The translations under genes and the position numbers were made by a program. Shown here in pieces: positions 52,249 to 55,463 of a DNA stretch of 55,463 bases. This DNA comes from Verrucomicrobiota bacterium. Its GTDB lineage: Bacteria > Verrucomicrobiota > Verrucomicrobiia > CAIQCK01. The notes under the pieces were generated by a model that saw nothing but the letters and a program-made list of their open reading frames with translations, was not told the DNA's origin and did not search any database. Positions within the stretch are counted from its first letter, which is position 1, and every line of letters starts with the position of its first letter. The stretch lies in assembly GCA_016219905.1 (NCBI GenBank), contig JACRKA010000202.1:1-55463 (forward strand), read 5' to 3'.

Positions 52249-55200
52249 ATGAGCCTGAAGAATAAATCCGCCGCGGTTGCCGGCATCGCGCTGGCGTTGC
52301 TGGCGTTTGCGGCCGGCGTGTCTTTGTGGAACGACACGCCGGCGGCGATCATGGCGTTCACGCTGGCGGGGCTGGCGGTGGTGGTGGCGGGCTGGGTGAT
52401 CACGGGCCGTTACGTCACCGAACGCCGGCGCGCGGAGGAGATGGTGTTGGAGACGGACCCGCGTTTCCGGCGGTTCACGGAGGTGGCGCTGGCCGGCGTC
52501 TATATCATCGAAGGCGAAAAATTCCGCTACGTGAACCCGGGGCTGGCCCGCATGTTCGGCTACGAACCGCACGAGGTGGTGGACCGGCTTGGCCCGGCGG
52601 ACCTGACCCATCCGGCCGACCGCGCGCTGGTGATGGAGAGCGTCCGCAAGCGGCTCGCGGGCGAGGTGGACTGGCTGCATTACACCTTCCGCGGGCTGTG
52701 CAAGGACGGGCGGGGCATCGAGGTGGAGTGCCTGGGACGGCGGACGGATTACCACGGCCGGCCGGCGTTGATGGGCACGTTGCTGAACGTGACGGAACGC
52801 AAGCGCGACGAGGAGCGCGTGCGTCTGCAATCCGCCGCGCTGGACGCGGCGGCCAACGGCATTGTGATCACCGACCGCGACGGCCAGGTCATCTGGGTCA
52901 ACCCGGCCTTCACGACGCTGACCGGCTACGAGCCGGCGGAGACCCTCGGCAGGAACATCCGTCTGTTGAAGTCGGGCCAGCACGACGACGAGTTCTTCAA
53001 GCAAGTATGGGACACCGTGCTGGGAGGCGCCGTGTGGCACGGCGAGATGGTCAACCGGCGCAAGGACGGCAAGTTCTACACCGAAGAGCAGACCATCACG
53101 CCCGTCAGCGACAGCGGCGGCCGGATCACCCACTTCATCGCCGTCAAGCAGGACGTCACCTCGCGCCGGCACACGGAGGAGGAGTTGCAGCAACGCGCCG
53201 GGTTCATGCAGTTGCTGCAAGTGGTGGCCGTGGCGGCCAACGAAGCGACGAGCGGCGACGCCGCCCTCCGCGCCGCCCTCACGCTGGTTTGCGCCTACAC
53301 CGGCTGGGCCGTGGGCCACGTGTATCTGGTGGAACCCGATGGCGGACTTGCGCCGACGGACATCTGGCACCTCAAGGATCCGCAACGGCTGGCCGCGTTC
53401 CGCAACGCGACGGAGCAGACGCGGTTCACGAGGGGCGTCGGGCTGCCCGGCCAGGTGCTGGCCACCGGCCGCGCCGTCTATGCGGTGGACCTGGGACAGC
53501 AGCCCGATCTGGTCCGCGCACGGGCCGCCGTCGAGGCCGGCCTGCACGCGGCGTTTGGGTTCCCGGTCTGGGTCGGCAGCGAGATCGTCGCCGTGATCGA
53601 GTTCTTCTCCGAACAGGCCGTGGCGCCGGACGAGCGCCTGCAACAGGTGATCCTCCAGATCGGCACCCAGCTCGGCCGCGTCATCGAGCGCCAGCGCGCC
53701 GTCGAGCGGGTGCGCGCCGAGGCGCATGTCAATGCCGCGCTGCTGCTGCTGGAGACGACGTTGAACCGCGCGCGCGGCACGCAGGCGGTGTGCTCCTCCG
53801 TCGTGACGGCGGCCCCGACGCTGCTGCCCGGCGCGCAGGTCATGGTCTGGACCTGGGACGACGACCGCGAAATCCTCCATCCGATCGCCGCGCCGCAGGA
53901 ATTGCCCGAGCGGGCGCGCGCCTCCTTCCTGAAATCCGAGCCGGCCCGCCAGCAGAGCGAGGATTTCGCCGCCGTCCTGCGGACACAACAGGCCGTGTGC
54001 GTGACCGACACGGCGACGGACCCGCGCGCCTGCGAACCTTTCTGGCAGGAGTTGGGCATCCACTCATTCCTGCTGGAGCCGTTGCTGGCCGGCGACCGGC
54101 TGCTCGGCGTGATCGCCTTCGGCCGCAAGGAAGCCGGCGCGTTCAACCCGCGCGAAGCGGAGCTGGCGCGGGGCGCGGCCCAGCGCGTGGCCATGGCCCT
54201 CCAGGGCGAGCAGGCCCGCGAAGAAGCACAGCGCCAACTGGACCACGTCCGGCTCCTGAACCAGATCACCCGCGCCATCGCCGACCGCCAGGATCTCGCG
54301 AGCATCTTCCGCGTCGTGCTGGAGCACCTCGAAGATTACCTGCCGGTGGACCTCGGCGTCATCTGTCAGGCGGAAGCCGCGGCCAACGGGTTCTCCGTCG
54401 CGGCCCACGGACGCAAGAGCGCGCCCCTCGCCGCGCAGTTGGGGCTGGCCGAGGGCGCGCCCCTGGCCGCCGAGCGCACCTCGTTCCGCCAATGCCTGCT
54501 GGGCCACATGGTCTGCGAAGCCAACACGGCCGCCGCCACCTCGCCGCTTTCGCGCGCCATGGCCGAGGCCGGCCTCCGCTCCGCCGTCGCCACGCCGCTG
54601 ACCGTCGAAGACCGGCTTGTGGGCATCCTGCTCACGGCCCGCCGCGCCGCGGACGGTTTCAGCAGCAGCGAATGCGAATTCCTGCGGATGCTCAGCGAAC
54701 ACGTCGCGCTGGCCGCCGACGACGCCCGCCTGCGCGACAACCTCCAGGCCGCCTACAACGAGCTGCGCGAGACCCACCGCGCCGCGATGCAACAGGAACG
54801 GCTGCGCGCCCTCGGCCAGATGGCCTCCGGCATCGCCCACGACATCAACAACGCCATCTCCCCCATCGCCGGCTACACCGAGCTGCTCCTGAGCGACGAG
54901 ACCAGCCTCAACGACCGCAACCGGCGCTACGTCGAGATCATCCAGACCGCCTGCGGCAACATCGCGCAGATCGTCGGCCGCCTGCGCGACTTCTACCGCC
55001 AGCGCGGCCAGCGCGACCTCTTCGCCCCCGTCAACCTCGACCAAGCCATCCGCCACGTGCTGGAACTGACCCGTCCCCGCTGGCGCGACATCCCCCACCA
55101 ACAAGGCCACGTTGTGGACCTGCGCACCGACATCGCCCCCGACCTGCCCGCCATCATGGGCATCGAGAGCGAGATCCGCGAGGCCCTCACCAACCTCATC

Positions 55201-55463
55201 ATTAACGCCGTGGACGCGATGTCGCACGGCGGCACCGTGACCATCCGCGCCTTCGCCGCGAAAGAGGAGCCGCCCGCCAGCGACGCCCCGCACGGCCACC
55301 TCATCGTCGAAGTCGCCGACACCGGCGCCGGCATGGACGAGGAAACCCGCCGCCGCTGTCTGGAACCTTTCTACTCCACCAAAGGCGAGCACGGCACCGG
55401 CCTCGGCCTCTCCCTCGTCTATGGCGCGATGCAACGCCACGAAGGCGACATCCAGATCGAGAG
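52249..55463 (+). CDS. Multidomain sensor histidine kinase (TM - PAS - PAS - GAF x ~3 - HisKA - HATPase_c), partial at window end
   Basis: The frame from ATG 52249 (MSLKNKSAAVAGIALALLAFAAG...) is open to the window edge, which is why it is absent from the track. PAS segments include 'GVYIIEGEKFRYVNPGLARMFGYEP' and 'NGIVITDRDGQVIWVNPAFTTLTGYEP...RLLKSG'. The H-box is 'LGQMASGIAHDINNAISPI', the N-box is 'EALTNLIINAVDAM', and the G-boxes are 'DTGAGMD' and 'GTGLGLS'. Overlapping track ORFs 52326..55205, 52189..54063 and 54064..55440 are Arg-rich shadows. Confidence 0.85.
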   Translation, partial: MSLKNKSAAVAGIALALLAFAAGVSLWNDTPAAIMAFTLAGLAVVVAGWVITGRYVTERRRAEEMVLETDPRFRRFTEVALAGVYIIEGEKFRYVNPGLARMFGYEPHEVVDRLGPADLTHPADRALVMESVRKRLAGEVDWLHYTFRGLCKDGRGIEVECLGRRTDYHGRPALMGTLLNVTERKRDEERVRLQSAALDAAANGIVITDRDGQVIWVNPAFTTLTGYEPAETLGRNIRLLKSGQHDDEFFKQVWDTVLGGAVWHGEMVNRRKDGKFYTEEQTITPVSDSGGRITHFIAVKQDVTSRRHTEEELQQRAGFMQLLQVVAVAANEATSGDAALRAALTLVCAYTGWAVGHVYLVEPDGGLAPTDIWHLKDPQRLAAFRNATEQTRFTRGVGLPGQVLATGRAVYAVDLGQQPDLVRARAAVEAGLHAAFGFPVWVGSEIVAVIEFFSEQAVAPDERLQQVILQIGTQLGRVIERQRAVERVRAEAHVNAALLLLETTLNRARGTQAVCSSVVTAAPTLLPGAQVMVWTWDDDREILHPIAAPQELPERARASFLKSEPARQQSEDFAAVLRTQQAVCVTDTATDPRACEPFWQELGIHSFLLEPLLAGDRLLGVIAFGRKEAGAFNPREAELARGAAQRVAMALQGEQAREEAQRQLDHVRLLNQITRAIADRQDLASIFRVVLEHLEDYLPVDLGVICQAEAAANGFSVAAHGRKSAPLAAQLGLAEGAPLAAERTSFRQCLLGHMVCEANTAAATSPLSRAMAEAGLRSAVATPLTVEDRLVGILLTARRAADGFSSSECEFLRMLSEHVALAADDARLRDNLQAAYNELRETHRAAMQQERLRALGQMASGIAHDINNAISPIAGYTELLLSDETSLNDRNRRYVEIIQTACGNIAQIVGRLRDFYRQRGQRDLFAPVNLDQAIRHVLELTRPRWRDIPHQQGHVVDLRTDIAPDLPAIMGIESEIREALTNLIINAVDAMSHGGTVTIRAFAAKEEPPASDAPHGHLIVEVADTGAGMDEETRRRCLEPFYSTKGEHGTGLGLSLVYGAMQRHEGDIQIE

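Noticed and set aside
45917-55440. Track ORFs 45917..47545(-), 48214..49806(-), 50186..51562(-), 52189..54063(-), 52326..55205(+) and 54064..55440(-)
   Set aside because: These are Arg/Gln/His-rich shadows of the GT39, lactate permease, purine permease and histidine kinase genes.

Overview
This is a high-GC bacterial chromosomal segment. Sampled 60-nt lines are about two-thirds to three-quarters G+C; I did not compute this across the window. Gene content suggests the PVC superphylum, probably Verrucomicrobiota-like: two DUF1080 proteins, a PEP-CTERM cargo protein, a Tat-signal TIM-barrel isomerase and a giant Ser/Thr kinase. I support about 53 CDS and one tRNA-Phe. I saw no rRNA, CRISPR array, transposase or integrase. 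Most long Arg/Ala/Gly-rich ORFs in the track are antisense or out-of-frame shadows of real genes. Two real genes run off the window edges and are missing from the track: 1..2895 (-) and 52249..55463 (+). The standout is an orphan Tad-type pseudopilin cluster at 30.6-38.4 kb. It holds five TadE-like and three TadG-like genes, including a head-to-tail triplicated TadG+TadE cassette, and no pilus machinery genes occur anywhere in the window. Three matches to the sigma-54 -24/-12 consensus sit upstream of cluster genes, and a PEP-CTERM gene is embedded in the cluster. Other items worth a second look:
- a kinase / radical-SAM-SPASM / C2H2-like zinc-finger gene string flanked by long heptad-periodic hairpin elements
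- HigBA and VapBC toxin-antitoxin pairs
- a metal-centred neighbourhood (MBL-CDF-PIG-L-nfo operon divergent from mntH-usp-hemB)
- two low-GC islets of orphan genes, one downstream of the tRNA and carrying a G11 tract inside a CDS

All family calls come from motif recognition by eye. No database search was run.
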